Notes: generated by a model from the sequence alone, not told the origin. Positions 13,330 through 25,282 are shown, numbered from the stretch's first letter. The stretch is 64,000 nucleotides of DNA from Chiloscyllium plagiosum (GCF_004010195.1 NC_057711.1:29732637-29796636); one strand, 5' to 3'. Numbers and translations: made by a program.

Positions 13330-13407
13330 ATGACTGGTTTGGAACGTAGAGTTGCTTTGGTGGATATCTTAAATAAGCCATGTGGAACTCGAATGCCTTT
13401 GAAAAAG
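13330..13407 (+). CDS. ccnb1: Cyclin B1 copy B, first visible coding exon with destruction box
   Basis: MTGLERRVALVDILNKPCGTRMPLKK|gtaagg. D-box RVALVDILN (human RTALGDIGN); exon ends MPLKK like human MPMKK. Acceptor ttctag at 13274. Start codon inferred (ATG 13330, A at -3). Confidence 0.8.
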
Positions 13408-13880
13408 GTAAGGCTGCTTTAAATAGATGCTGAATTCATAACTAAAAACTTTGTTCCCTTTTCTTGCCAAAAGACTTTTTAAAAATCTGATGATTTTAAA
13501 ACCAGTTGTAGTCTAGCAACAACATTTTAAGCAAATGACACTCCTTAGCTAGTTTAGTGCAAATTAGTCACTTTTACAACTGAGACCTTTTTGCTTTATT
13601 GTAGCCTCAAATTGGAGAACAATAATTGGAGTGTTGCTTGTAAACATGCATTTATAAAATTATTACAGTACAGATGAGGGACCCAAAGTGAAGTTGTTGT
13701 TATCATGGAGATTAAATAATCTGTCATGCTTTGTGTTTGTTATGGACTCTCTAGTTTGGGGATTGGCAAGGGCTCCCAAGTGATTTTTGGAACGGGCTTC
13801 AAATGAAATTTGGATTTTTGACTTATCTGAACTGCTGGATTGTTTGGTTATGGAAGAAAATAAATAACTTGAATTTGTAG

Positions 13881-14009
13881 GAACAAACTGTGATTGCCTC
13901 AAAAATAGAAAGAACTATGGCCTCAAAAATGGAACATGTGAACATATGCAAAAAGCCAGAAGTTCTGCCACTGAAAGAACATTTTACTGAAGATGTAATG
14001 AAGCTTGAG
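13881..14009 (+). CDS. ccnb1: Cyclin B1 copy B, variable linker exon
   Basis: tttgtag|gaa...gag|gtttgg, 129 nt, phase 0/0, open frame EQTVIASKIERTMASKMEHVNICKKPEVLPLKEHFTEDVMKLE. Sits where the low-conservation exon of CCNB1 lies. Confidence 0.7.
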
Positions 14010-14781
14010 GTTTGGATTTTAAATCTTGTATAACAAATGTGAATTCTTTAAACTGTTTGCCCTTCCGTGGTAATGTTGAATTAATTTAATCCAGTATGAA
14101 TTCATGTTCTGGAATTCTCCTCACCTGTACTGAGGGACTTCTAGTTAAAATGGTAACTTGAGATTCAACTTTTTTTTTGATGGAATATTGTGCCCCTAAA
14201 CCTTAGTTATGATTATACCTGAGTCAGTAATGCAGTTTTGTGTACATTTTTGAACTAAGTTCAAGATGGAAGAAACTTTAATTCTTCAACTATTTCCATA
14301 GCAATTGATCCATTAACATCAGTAACTATACAGTTTAAGAAAATATTACTTTTCATAGAAATGATGCTTGGTTCTTAATTTAAGAAATTAAGTGACTTTA
14401 ATTCTCCCAAAGCTTTCAATCAACTGAATATTGAAACAAAATAACAAATTTAAATGAATGAAACAGTAGTGTTTTGCTGCTACTCCCTTTTCAGTTCTTT
14501 CAAAATCACTTTAGTTGTATAATGCATATATTGTGCTGGCCTTTTGGATAGGCAGTGAATAAACAATATAAGCTCAGTATAAAAGTTATTGTGAACTCTA
14601 AGCAGTGAACAAATATTTAAAATGGTGATTATAATATAATTTGAAATAAAGTTAAGCAACTTTTTTAGCAGGATGGCTTTGTGGTGCACACAACTTGGTC
14701 GAGTAGCTCAGGAAATGCTTGATTTGATTTCGCTAAATCTACAATTTCATGTGGTTAACTTTTGTGTATCTATTATAACAG

Positions 14782-14949
14782 GCTCCACCATCCCCTATGG
14801 ACACTTCAGTCTGCATGTCTGAAGAGCTACATGAAGCTTTCTCTAATGAAATCTTGCCTGTTGAAGATGTTGATATGAATGATGGCAACAATCCAATTCT
14901 ATGTAGTGAATATGTTAAAGATGTCTACAAATATTTAAGAGAACTTGAG
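14782..14949 (+). CDS. ccnb1: Cyclin B1 copy B, CRS/NES exon
   Basis: aacag|gct...gag|gtctgt. Encodes [56 protein letters not shown] (human [38 protein letters not shown]). Confidence 0.93.
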
Positions 14950-16497
14950 GTCTGTTCCTTTAACCACAAAGGCACAATTACTGTTCTGCCTACTTTTAAA
15001 GAAGTCTAAGAGTTAGTAGATAACTAAAATAAGATGACTAATGCTGCTTTGGAAGAAGTGGATTTTTATTCACTACTAGATCCAATTCTCAAAGTCTCAA
15101 AATGCTGCTGAGTTTTCTAGCTCAAAAGCAATAAGTCACTAATTGCAACAGTCAGGTAATCTACAGCCTAAATAATTTTATTCTGACAATCCCAGCCAAT
15201 ACTCAGCTCAAATTCTGGACTGGGGCAACTACACTAAATGATGGCTGAGGTTTCATTTGGAGGTGCTGTGAAAGTAGTCCATGGTTTGCACCTGGGCGAG
15301 TTCAATATGCTGACACTTCCATTTGTTCATTTTGGACCTAAACTCTGCAGTTCATTTCCATCATGTGTAGAGAAATCTCTTGTAGAAAGAGTATTTGGGA
15401 AGAAGATGCAAGCTTCTGACTGGGAAGCTATCCTTGTCAGACGACTGTATAAATAAAAACAAGTGAGACTAAGCTTTAGCAAATTTAGATCCTCATACTG
15501 AAAGGTATGGTGTCTTGATTAGATTGAATTAGTATTCTGTACTTTTCTAGATGATTCAACATAAATATTAATCATTGATATAGAAGAGGAGGCCAATTCG
15601 CATTGGAAACCATGAAATGGTGTCAGTGTTTTTTCTTGAGCTGGAGGCCTGCAACATTGGGAAAGATATCTAGTATGTAATGAACATTAGAATATGTCCA
15701 AATCTAGAACTTTGATCACCTTCAGACATTGTAGGTATTCAAGTAGAAATGCAGATTATGGGATGGTTCTCTGGAGGTGTAATGGTCCAAAAGAACATCG
15801 CCTTTTTGTTCCTAATTTACAAATTTCCCAAAAGCCGACAGTAAATGTTCATTTACCTGAAAGATAGTACTTGTGAAGCATCTGAAAGTAATAACAAAGA
15901 AATAGTCCTAAAGGTTGACCCTTTAAGATCTGTGATTCTAGTGAACCACCCTGTTCCCAAACAGCTGCTTACACTGGTCTTGCCCAATTCATCACTGAGC
16001 ATAACTTTGTAATATGAATATCTTTCACCAGATTAACTAAGAAATCTAGAGAAATAAAAATCTAATTTTTAAATACTAAGGACATTGCTAGGTAAAAATG
16101 ACTAGCTTTAATTTGAACTATTCCATGTTCAATACACAAAGCTTCTTTGACTAAACTTTATTGACATCTATTCCTAGCTTTTAAGTCTTTTTCTCAATGC
16201 AACTGCTATTCTATTATGGTAAGTTTTATGTTTTAGCTGAGTTGATTTGCTGGTTTTATTCATTATTTTGACCAGGACTTCTATTCTTGGGCTCTCCTAA
16301 TATTGAATCATTTGCGGTTTAAATATGAAAGATCATAGAGCTCTACAGTTGTCTTCTATAGTAGCTTAGGTAGTTTTTAAATTTTCCTCTAATCTGGAAA
16401 TTTAAATCTTGCGTATACTTTCAAAACATTAAGATTTAGGTAACTGTTCCATGCAAAATAAAGTCACTGTTTACAGGTGTTTGTTTTTTAAATATAG

Positions 16498-16656
16498 ACA
16501 AAACAGGCAGTGAGACCAAACTATTTGATGGGACAAATGATAACTGGAAACATGCGTGCTATCCTAATTGACTGGCTTGTGCAGGTTCAGATAAAATTCA
16601 AGTTGCTACAAGAAACTATGTACTTGACTGTGTCAATCTTGGATAGATTTCTTCAG
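16498..16656 (+). CDS. ccnb1: Cyclin B1 copy B, cyclin box exon (MRAIL)
   Basis: atatag|aca...cag|gtaaga, 159 nt. Encodes [53 protein letters not shown]. Confidence 0.96.
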
Positions 16657-17209
16657 GTAAGACTTTATACAAGAGAAAAACTTGTTTCACCCCCTCTGCT
16701 AATTGATCTATGGAGAGAGGTTGTAAGAAACTGTCATAATCTATGTTTTTCTACTGGTTGAGAATAAATATGATATATGACTATTACATTTGACTTGTTT
16801 ATTATACTACTCCTCTGCAGTTGCTTTTTCAGCATGTTGTAAATGCATTTCACATGAAGTATTTAACTTTTTTCAATTTAACTAAAACACTACAAGTACA
16901 GGAGCAGAGACATCTGCAATTATACAATGACTTGGTGAGACCACACCTGGAGTATTGTGCCATTTGCCTTGCTTTTTATTTGGGAGGAAAAATATTCTGG
17001 CTATGGAAAGAATGTGATAAAGGTTTGAGATTTGATTTCCTGGGATGAAAGGACTGGCTTATGAAGATTGGATTAATTACCACTATTCATCTCCATTTAA
17101 AAGGGAGATGTCATTGAACCTGATTTTCTTTTTTTAAATTCAACAGGAGTAGACACTGGGAACATTGTTTTTACAATGACCAGGGATTAGTCTTGTGCTA
17201 CAGATTGAC

Positions 17210-19625
17210 CAGAGTGAGTCCTACAGCAGAGGCAGGCCCTTTGGGTGAAACTTTGGTCCCTGCTGACCAAAATGTCCATCCATGCTAACCTCACTTCCCT
17301 GCACTTAGCCAAAATTTCTTCTAAACCCTTCCTATCCATGTATTTATCCAAATGCCTTCTAATGTACTCTCCTCAACCACTTCGGCTGGCAGCTCATTCC
17401 ATATGCATACCGCATTTTGTCTTTTTTTTAAAAAGAAAACCCTTCAGGTTCCCTTTTTTATTCTTTTGCCCTCTGGTCCTCAATTCCCCAACCCTGGGGT
17501 AAAAGACATTGCATTCACCCTATCCATGCATCTCATTATCGTAGACACTTGTTATTTACCCCCACCCCCAACTTTCTAAAGAAAAATGTCCTAGCTTGTC
17601 CAATCTCTCCTGATAACTCAGACCATTGAGTGCTGGCAACATCCTTTGTAAATTTCTTCTGCATTCTTTCCAGTTTAATGTCACCTTGCATAGCAAGGAT
17701 GTTCAAAACTGAACACAATACTCCAAGTGCAGCTTCACTAACATCCTGTACAACTGCAATATAACTTCCCAACTTATATATAGACCATTCCCTGACTGAA
17801 GACCAGTATGCTAAAAGCCTTTGCTGCCCTATCTACCCAATGACTCTACTTTGAGAACCATGCACGTGAACTCCAAGGTCCCTCCGTTTCAATGCATCCT
17901 TTAAGGCTCCACCATTCACCATGAAACTATCTTGATGTTGACTTTCCAAAATGCAAGACTTCACACTTAAACTCTATTTGCCATTTCTCAGCCCATTTCC
18001 TCAGCTGATAAAGGTCCTGCTGCAGTTTCTGAGAACCTTCCTCACTGTCCATGATTCTGCCTATTTTAGTGTCATCTGCAAACTTATAATTGTGCCTTGT
18101 ACATTCTCATCTATATCAATGATTTAGATAACAAATGCAATGGGCCCAGTAGTGACCCCTGAGGCACTCCACTAGTCACAGGCCTCCAGTCTGACCAGCA
18201 TCCTTCCACTATTACTCTTTGCTACCACTGAACCAATTGTGTATCCAATTTGCCAGCTTCCCCTGGATTCCAAGCAGCCTTATCAAAGGCCTTACTGAAA
18301 TCTGATATACCACATCTACTGCCCTCATCAACCTTCCTAGTCATTTTATTGAAGAACTGTAACAAATTTCTGGCATGATCTCTCTTGCACAAAACCATGC
18401 TGACTACTCTTAATCAAACCTTGTCTTTCCAAATGTATGTATATCTAATTCTGCAGAATCTTCTCCAGTAACTTACCTGACACAGATGTTAGGGTCACTG
18501 GTCTATTGTTCCCATGTTTTTTATTTGCAGACCTTGAATAAAGGCATAACATTCATTAGCCTCCAGTCTTTAGGGATCTCACCTGTGGCTAACAATGTAT
18601 TCTTGGATATATCTGGTCAGGACCAGAAGACTTATGCACATTAATACATTATTATACACCCAATACCACCACCACTATGGACTGTCCAAGATATCACCAT
18701 TAACTTCCCAAGTTCCCAAGTCGTCTTGTCTTCAAATAAACACAGAAATATTGAGTACCTTGCCCATCTCCTATAGTTCTACACATTTCCACTTTGGTCC
18801 TTGAGGGGTTCTATTTTCTCTGGTTCTTCTTTTCCTTTTTAATATACTTGAACCTCTGGATTCACCCTAATCTTAGCCAAGGCTATCTCATGCCCCTTTA
18901 TTTTTTGCTCTCCTGATTTCTTCAGTAAACTCCTGTATCCCCTTTATACCTCAAGGGATTCCCTTGATCTCAGCTGCCTGGATATGAGCCATGCCTCCCC
19001 TTTTTCTGGTCAAAGCCTCCAATATTGCTTGCCATCCAAGATTCCCTATTCCTGCCAACTTTGCCTCTCACCCTTGCTGGAACATAGAGAGTTTGAACTC
19101 TAGCTATCTTACTGTTAAAGGCCACCCATTTGCTGGAAGTCCCATTTGAGGTCCTATCAAAATTTGCTCTCCTCCAATTTAGAACTTGAACCTGTGGACC
19201 AGTTTTGTCCCCCTCCAAAGTATTTTAAAACTAATAAAACTATGGTCACTGGTCCCAAAGTGCTCCACCTCTGTCACCTGTCCTTCCCTATTTCCCAAGA
19301 GTAGGTAGAGGTTTGCGTCTTCTTGAGTAGGACTCAATGTATACTGCCTAAGGAGACTTTCCTGAATGCACGTAACAAATTCCAACCTAGCTAAACCCTT
19401 AGCGCTCTTGCAGTCCCATTCTGTCAGGAAAATTTAAAATCTCCTACAATGATAACCCTATTGCTCCTGCAAATCTCCCCAGTCTCCGCGCATATTTGTT
19501 CCTCTAATTCCCATGTACTTTAGGTCTCCACATAGTCAAACACCAAGAATATCACCATCCCCTTATTCCTTAGCTACACCCACAAAGCCTTACTGGATGA
19601 TCCTCCAGTTATTTCATCTGATTAC
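17210..19625 (-). mobile_element. CR1 LINE (endonuclease to 3' tail, decayed) in cyclin copy B intron; a + strand CR1 piece precedes it at about 16890-17190
   Basis: Minus-strand fragments LLLGNREGQV..EHFGTSDH, KFADD-type RT and LERMQKKFTK. Confidence 0.85.
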
Positions 19626-20014
19626 TGCTGTGATACTCTCCCTGGGCCATTTAGGATTGAGATGAGAAATGCTTTGTCCACATTGAGAATTCCAAAGTGG
19701 AATTGTCTGCCAGTGGCTGAGGGCAAAACATCCTTCAGGAAGGTATGGGGTGAAAGCAGGAACAGGGTACAGAATTGAATAAACAGCCTTGATCATTGAA
19801 TGTCAGAGCTGAGTTTAAAGTGCGGAATGTCGATTCCAAGTCAGTCTTCTAGTGAGCACCCTGTAAATATTGGTTACAGTAAGTCTCAATTTTACTATGC
19901 ATGGCTGAAAAATCCAGAATTCTAATTGACTCTAGATCCAGAACCTCAACCTGAGCTACAAATCTTCTCAAAACTCACATTGACTCTTCTAAATTCTTCT
20001 TGTTGCATTCTTAG

Positions 20015-20251
20015 GATAATCCAGTAACTAAGAAGAATTTACAACTTGTTGGTATAACAGCAATGTTTGTAGCTTCAAAATATGAAGAGACCTATCCTCC
20101 AGAAATTGGGGACTTTGTTATTATTGCTGATGATGCTTACTCTAGTGCTCAAATACGACAAATGGAAAGGTGGATTTTGAAGAAACTTGACTTTTCTCTG
20201 GGTAAACCACTTCCACTGCACTTCCTCAGAAGAGCATCAAAAGTTGCAGAA
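20015..20251 (+). CDS. ccnb1: Cyclin B1 copy B exon (KYEE)
   Basis: ttcttag|gat...gaa|gtaagt, 237 nt. Encodes [34 protein letters not shown]...[18 protein letters not shown]. Confidence 0.96.
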
Positions 20252-20533
20252 GTAAGTGTCTGTCATCTATTTAAACAGTTTTGCTAACCTGTTACTCCTG
20301 GATATATGATGTACCAATATATTAAGACTTAGTCCCAAGTTTCAAAATCATCTTTTAAGGCTTAGTTACTCATTCCAAATATTGGTTAAATTTAAGTTGA
20401 AGTCTTATTCAGATTTCCCATCTTGTATTTTAAGTTTTATTTTTCTCCTTTTTATCCCAGATGCCTGTGAATGTATTTTCAACTGTTTTCTAAACAATTT
20501 AGATGTAAAGAGGCATGTAATTTGTTTGGTCAG

Positions 20534-20674
20534 GTTAGCACTGAACACCACATTCTGGCCAAATACCTGATGGAACTGACAATGGGAGATTATGAGATGG
20601 TGCATTACCCTCCTTCCCAGATTGCTGTAGCTGCCTTCCATCTTGCTCAGAAAGTCTTTAATTGTGGTAAATGG
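20534..20674 (+). CDS. ccnb1: Cyclin B1 copy B exon
   Basis: ggtcag|gtt...tgg|gtaagt, 141 nt. Encodes [47 protein letters not shown]. Confidence 0.95.
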
Positions 20675-20765
20675 GTAAGTACACTTTCTCGATGTGAATG
20701 AATTGACAGATCTGCAAACAAGCCCTTTCACCTGCCTGCATTAAAACCTGGTTTGGACTTTTCAG

Positions 20766-20876
20766 ACTCCCCTCTTGCAGCACTACATCTCCTATAGAGA
20801 GGATGAATTACTTCCTGTTATGCAACACATGGCTAAGAATGTTGTGCAGGTTAATAACCAACTCACCAAACACATG
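20766..20876 (+). CDS. ccnb1: Cyclin B1 copy B, penultimate exon
   Basis: ttttcag|act...atg|gtaggt, 111 nt. Encodes [37 protein letters not shown]; paralogous to 808-918. Confidence 0.95.
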
Positions 20877-21268
20877 GTAGGTGAACTGTCCAGTTTTGGG
20901 CATTTGTTTTCCAATGAAGGCTAACTTTTAACAAGCTTTGAAGTTATAGGCTACCTCTAGTATTTGATTTAAATAAAGGAAGGTACTTCTGCGAATAAGT
21001 TCCCTAGGGACATTGTGCAAGTTAATAAATTAAAATTAGCTTTCAGACATATCTGACCTTATTGGTGTCAACTTTAGCTTCTAATTTACAAAAGTAGAAT
21101 AACCCAAACAGCATACTTCACTTTGAATACCTGAACTGACTAGGCAGCTCAGTAACTAAATACCATTAGTGATACTAAACTAGAGACAACAATAAAGGTC
21201 GATTAGTGTAATGTTAAACATTATCTTGATAATGCTTTATACCACTTGGCTGATTTTCTTTCTTACAG

Positions 21269-21394
21269 ACTGTTAGAAACAAGTATGCTAGAAAAAGCCA
21301 AATGAAGATCAGCACCATCCTGCAACTGACATCTGTTTTCATCTTCAACTTGTCAAAACCACTAATGCCCTCCTCAAACTGCTTCAGTCTTTAA
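21269..21394 (+). CDS. ccnb1: Cyclin B1 copy B, terminal exon
   Basis: tcttacag|act... encodes TVRNKYARKSQMKISTILQLTSVFIFNLSKPLMPSSNCFSL* (TAA 21392-21394); paralogous to 3018-3128. Confidence 0.93.
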   Translation, partial: TVRNKYARKSQMKISTILQLTSVFIFNLSKPLMPSSNCFSL

Positions 21395-21416
21395 AGCACT
21401 GCTGTCTGAAACTATA

Positions 21417-21496
21417 AGCACCATTTTAAAGTTTTTGTTTTTAAATCTGCTTTGCTTAAACTTTTTTATATTTGAATTAATAAAAGATTTTTAAAT
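21417..21496 (+). promoter_or_regulatory. Copy B 3'UTR: CPEs and poly(A) hexamer
   Basis: agcaccat block, TTTTAAAT (21439-21446), TTTTAT (21464-21469), AATAAA (21479-21484), TTTTAAAT (21489-21496). Confidence 0.65.
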
Positions 21497-22989
21497 GCAA
21501 GCCTACTTAAACTGTTTCCTATAAGGACCACCAAGTTCCGTCTGCATTCACTTGCACTTCAAACTAGCAGGTCTCCACTTGGGACTGCTGAAATAAAATT
21601 GGATCCTACCTCTAGAATTTGGGCAGACATCTAGCTTCTATCAATACAATGGCCTAATTTTCACTATAGCTAGACTTGGAGTGGAATAATTCTTTTTTTA
21701 CAGTTGTAGTTAGAGTATTGTTTAATGAGTAATTTGAGTCAACATCTTTTCCCAGTCAATTTTACAAAACTACTACTTGCTTGAGCCCTGCTCTATCAAT
21801 CTGATATGACTAAAGTACCAGCTCTCACCTAGCCATTCCTTTACTTCTAGCTTGCCATCTGTCTTAACAGATTTTCTCAGTTCCTCCCATCATAAAGACA
21901 CATGAAATCTTTAAACCTTGCCTGAGTTGAACTTTATTGAGAAGTTTCCAATTTAATTTAAATGGAATACTTGGATGAAATTTATCTCCATGTTTGATTA
22001 AACTGAGATAATCCAGGTCTGACAGTTAATGTTTCAGGTCAATGATTACCTTTTGAATGAAAGTGCTAAGTAGCATGATGTGAAAAGGGGACAGGACAAA
22101 AGGGCTTTAAACCAATAAAAACCCTGGAAGGGACCATAAGAGGTAGTAAACAAGTGGATCATAAAGAGTATAAAGAAGATGCAGTTTAGAAGCAGCATTA
22201 ACATACTACAAATAATAATGATCAAAGACCTGGGCTAATTACTAGCCAAGTTCAAATCTCCCCATAACAGGGGATTTTGCATCAATACAATGTATATCTA
22301 TAATTGGTGACCAAATTCAAATTTTAGTAATTGCATTTACTAAATGATCCTTAAGCAGGAATATCTACATTGTGGACAAATTAGGCATAATCTCTGGCAT
22401 GTTCTCATTGAATCCTACAAAATATATGCGTCTAATCTTCCATCACTGGCTGGGGTATTGTACATTCAGGGATGGGCTCCCAGCTCATCTGGACCAGGCT
22501 ATATCTCCTGCCTCTTTGCTCCCTGTCATAGAACATACTAACTCTGCTTAACTGGATATGTACAGTATCCCTGCCTTTCATTACTTTCCCCCTTCAGTCA
22601 GATACCTGATTCATAATATCTTACCATTTAGTATAAACAAAGCCAGGAAGCTTGCCACCACTTTCAGCTAAGTAGCCTTTAGCTTAGTTTTTTCTATTGG
22701 ATGTTTATTTCTCATGAGGGAAAAGAGATTTGAATTTCTTTTTCAATGGTTGTTATCAACCTTTTAATATAATTGTCTGATCTACCCTCAGTCAAATCAG
22801 CCCTCTACCTCCTGTTTTCCTTTTTAAAATCAAAGTTCAACATCACAAACTTAACAAAAATAATCTCTCAATTCTTCTGAGGATCCTTTTTGCTGTAAAA
22901 TCACGAATTACACAATCCTAAATAAAGTAGCTTGTTTGTCATTGGTTCCCTGACACTTCTATTAACAATGCATTCTATAAGAGTCATGA

Positions 22990-24365
22990 TGTGGAGGAGC
23001 TGGTGTTGGACTGGGGTATAGAAAATTAAAATCACACAACACCAGGTTATAGTCAAACAGGTTTAATTGGAAGCACTAGCTTTCTGAGCACTGCTCCTTT
23101 ATCAGGTGGTTGTGGAGTAACAATTGTAAGACACAGAATTTATAGCAAAAGTTTACAGTGTGATGTAACTGAAATTATACATTGAAAAATACCTTGATTG
23201 TTTAAGTCTCTCATCTATTAAAATGACCATGATAGTTTCACTTAGAGTCATAGAGGTGTACAGCGTGGAAACAGACCCTTCGGTCCAACCTGTCCATACC
23301 GACCAGATATCCCAACCCAATCTAGTCCCACCTGTCAGCACCCAGCCCATATCCCTCCATACCCTTCCTATTCATATATCCATCCAAATGCCTCTTAAAT
23401 GTTGCAATTGTACCAGCCTCCACCACATCCTCTGGCAGCTCATTCCATACACGTACCACCCTCTGCGTGAAAAGGTTGCCCCTTAGGTCTCTCTTATATC
23501 TTTCCCCTCTCACCCTAAACCAATGCCCTCTAGTTCTGGACTCCCCGACCCCAGGGAAAAGACTTTGTCTATTTACCGTACCCATGCCCCTCATACTTTT
23601 GTAAACCTCTAAGGTCACCCCTCAGCCTCTGACGCGCCAGGGAAAACAGCCCCAGCCTGTTCAACCTCTCCCTGTATCTCAGATCCTCCAACCCTGTAAA
23701 TCTCTTCTGAACCCTTTCAAGTTTCACAACATCTTTCCGATAGGAAGGAGATCAGAATTGCATGCAATATTCCAACAGTGGCCTAACCAATGTCCTGTAC
23801 AGCCGCAACATGACCTCCCAACTCCTGTACTCAATACTCTGACCAATAAAGGAAAGCATACCAAACACCGCCTTCACTATCCTATCCACCTGCGACTCCA
23901 CTTTCAAGGAGCTATGAACCTGCACTCCAAGGTCTCTTTGTTCAGCAACACTCCCTAGGACCTTACCATTAAGTGTGTAAGTCATTGGTTCCCTGACACT
24001 TCTATTGACAATGCATTCTATAAGAGTCATGATGTGGAGGAGCCGGTGTTGGACTTTATCTGAATTAAACTCCATCTGCCACTTCTCAGCCCATTGGCCC
24101 ATCTGGTCCAGATCCTGTTGTAATCTGAGGTAACCCACTTCGCTGTCCACTACACCTCCAATTTCATATGTAAATCACAAAACTTTTTTTTTAAAAGTTA
24201 CATTCTCAGGTTAACTGTTGGCACAGATAAGATGTTCGCCCTCTGTTTTCCCTGTCTATGCCATAACGTTTAGACTGATTCTAATCTAAAAAGTGAATTC
24301 TTACGTAGTCTTACGTAGACTCATGCAGTTTTTGAGCAAAGTACAATATAACTCTGCAAGTCCTG
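22990..24365 (-). mobile_element. Penelope-like element 3' region (hammerhead-bearing tail) with nested CR1 (about 23244-24165)
   Basis: Minus strand reads cacCTGATAAaggagcagtgctcaGAAAGCTAgtgcttccaattaaacc...gtgtgattt. The nested CR1 encodes RLYRTLVRPLLEYCMQF. Confidence 0.7.
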
Positions 24366-24562
24366 TTTTGAGGTAGTGACCAAATGATTATTTTTCAGGC
24401 TCTGCTTCTCTAACACATACTCTCATTTCTCTGACACGCACAGAGAATCCTTCTTGTTCTAGTTATGTCAAAATGTTTTGTAATTATCACTCTGCCTCAC
24501 TTAATCAGATTATAAGTAACGCCTTCTGGTTATTTAGCTGTTGTGACTTTACTCATGATCTA

Positions 24563-24760
24563 ACACTGAGTTGCCAGAGGAAGTAGTGGAGGCTGGTACA
24601 ATTGCAACATTTAAGAGGCATTTGGATGGGTATATAGGAAGGGTTTGGAGGGATATGGGCCGGGTGCTAGCAAGTGGGACTAGATTGGTTTGGAATAACT
24701 GGTCGGGATGGACGGGTTGGACCGAAGGGTCTGTTTCCGTGCTGTACATCTCAATGACTC
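24563..24760 (+). mobile_element. CR1 3' tail
   Basis: LPEEVVEAGTIATFKRHLD followed by the gggtctgtttccgtgctgta tail. Confidence 0.8.
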
Positions 24761-25282
24761 TTGGTCACCTGCAGAGATGTATTATCTGATACTCCACTCA
24801 GACCAGTTGTATGATCTTTTGATCTCTCTACCCTTGATCTCTCTGCTTATAAACTGCTTTTCTCGCTCACTGCACCTGACAAAGGGGCAACCCTGCTCCC
24901 TGATGGATCACAATGTCCACATCTCAGACTCTAGCTGAAATTCCTCGAATCACAGACACTTATTGTAGCCAATGTTTGTCTGAGCTCGTACTGAGGATGT
25001 GGTGCACCTCTTCCACTACCGCCTCCAGCTGACCTGCTTTTATGTATTTCATTCATGTTTTATATAATTAGTTCACTTTTTTGACACAACTAAAAATAAG
25101 TTATTACTGTTTAAAATATTCACTCCCTCAAACCTTACTCGCACCAGTCCTTTTTAATAAAAATGCACAGAGACCCCTTCCACACTCTGCACTGACTGCC
25201 TACATTCAGCGTATTCTTTCTTTAGCTATGGTTGACTCTGTTCGTTCCTCATGAAGGGCTTATGCCCGATATGTCGAATCTA

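Noticed and set aside
808-21394. Cyclin duplication as a haplotype or assembly artefact
   Set aside because: About 60% aa identity in shared exons and unrelated introns exclude allelic duplication.
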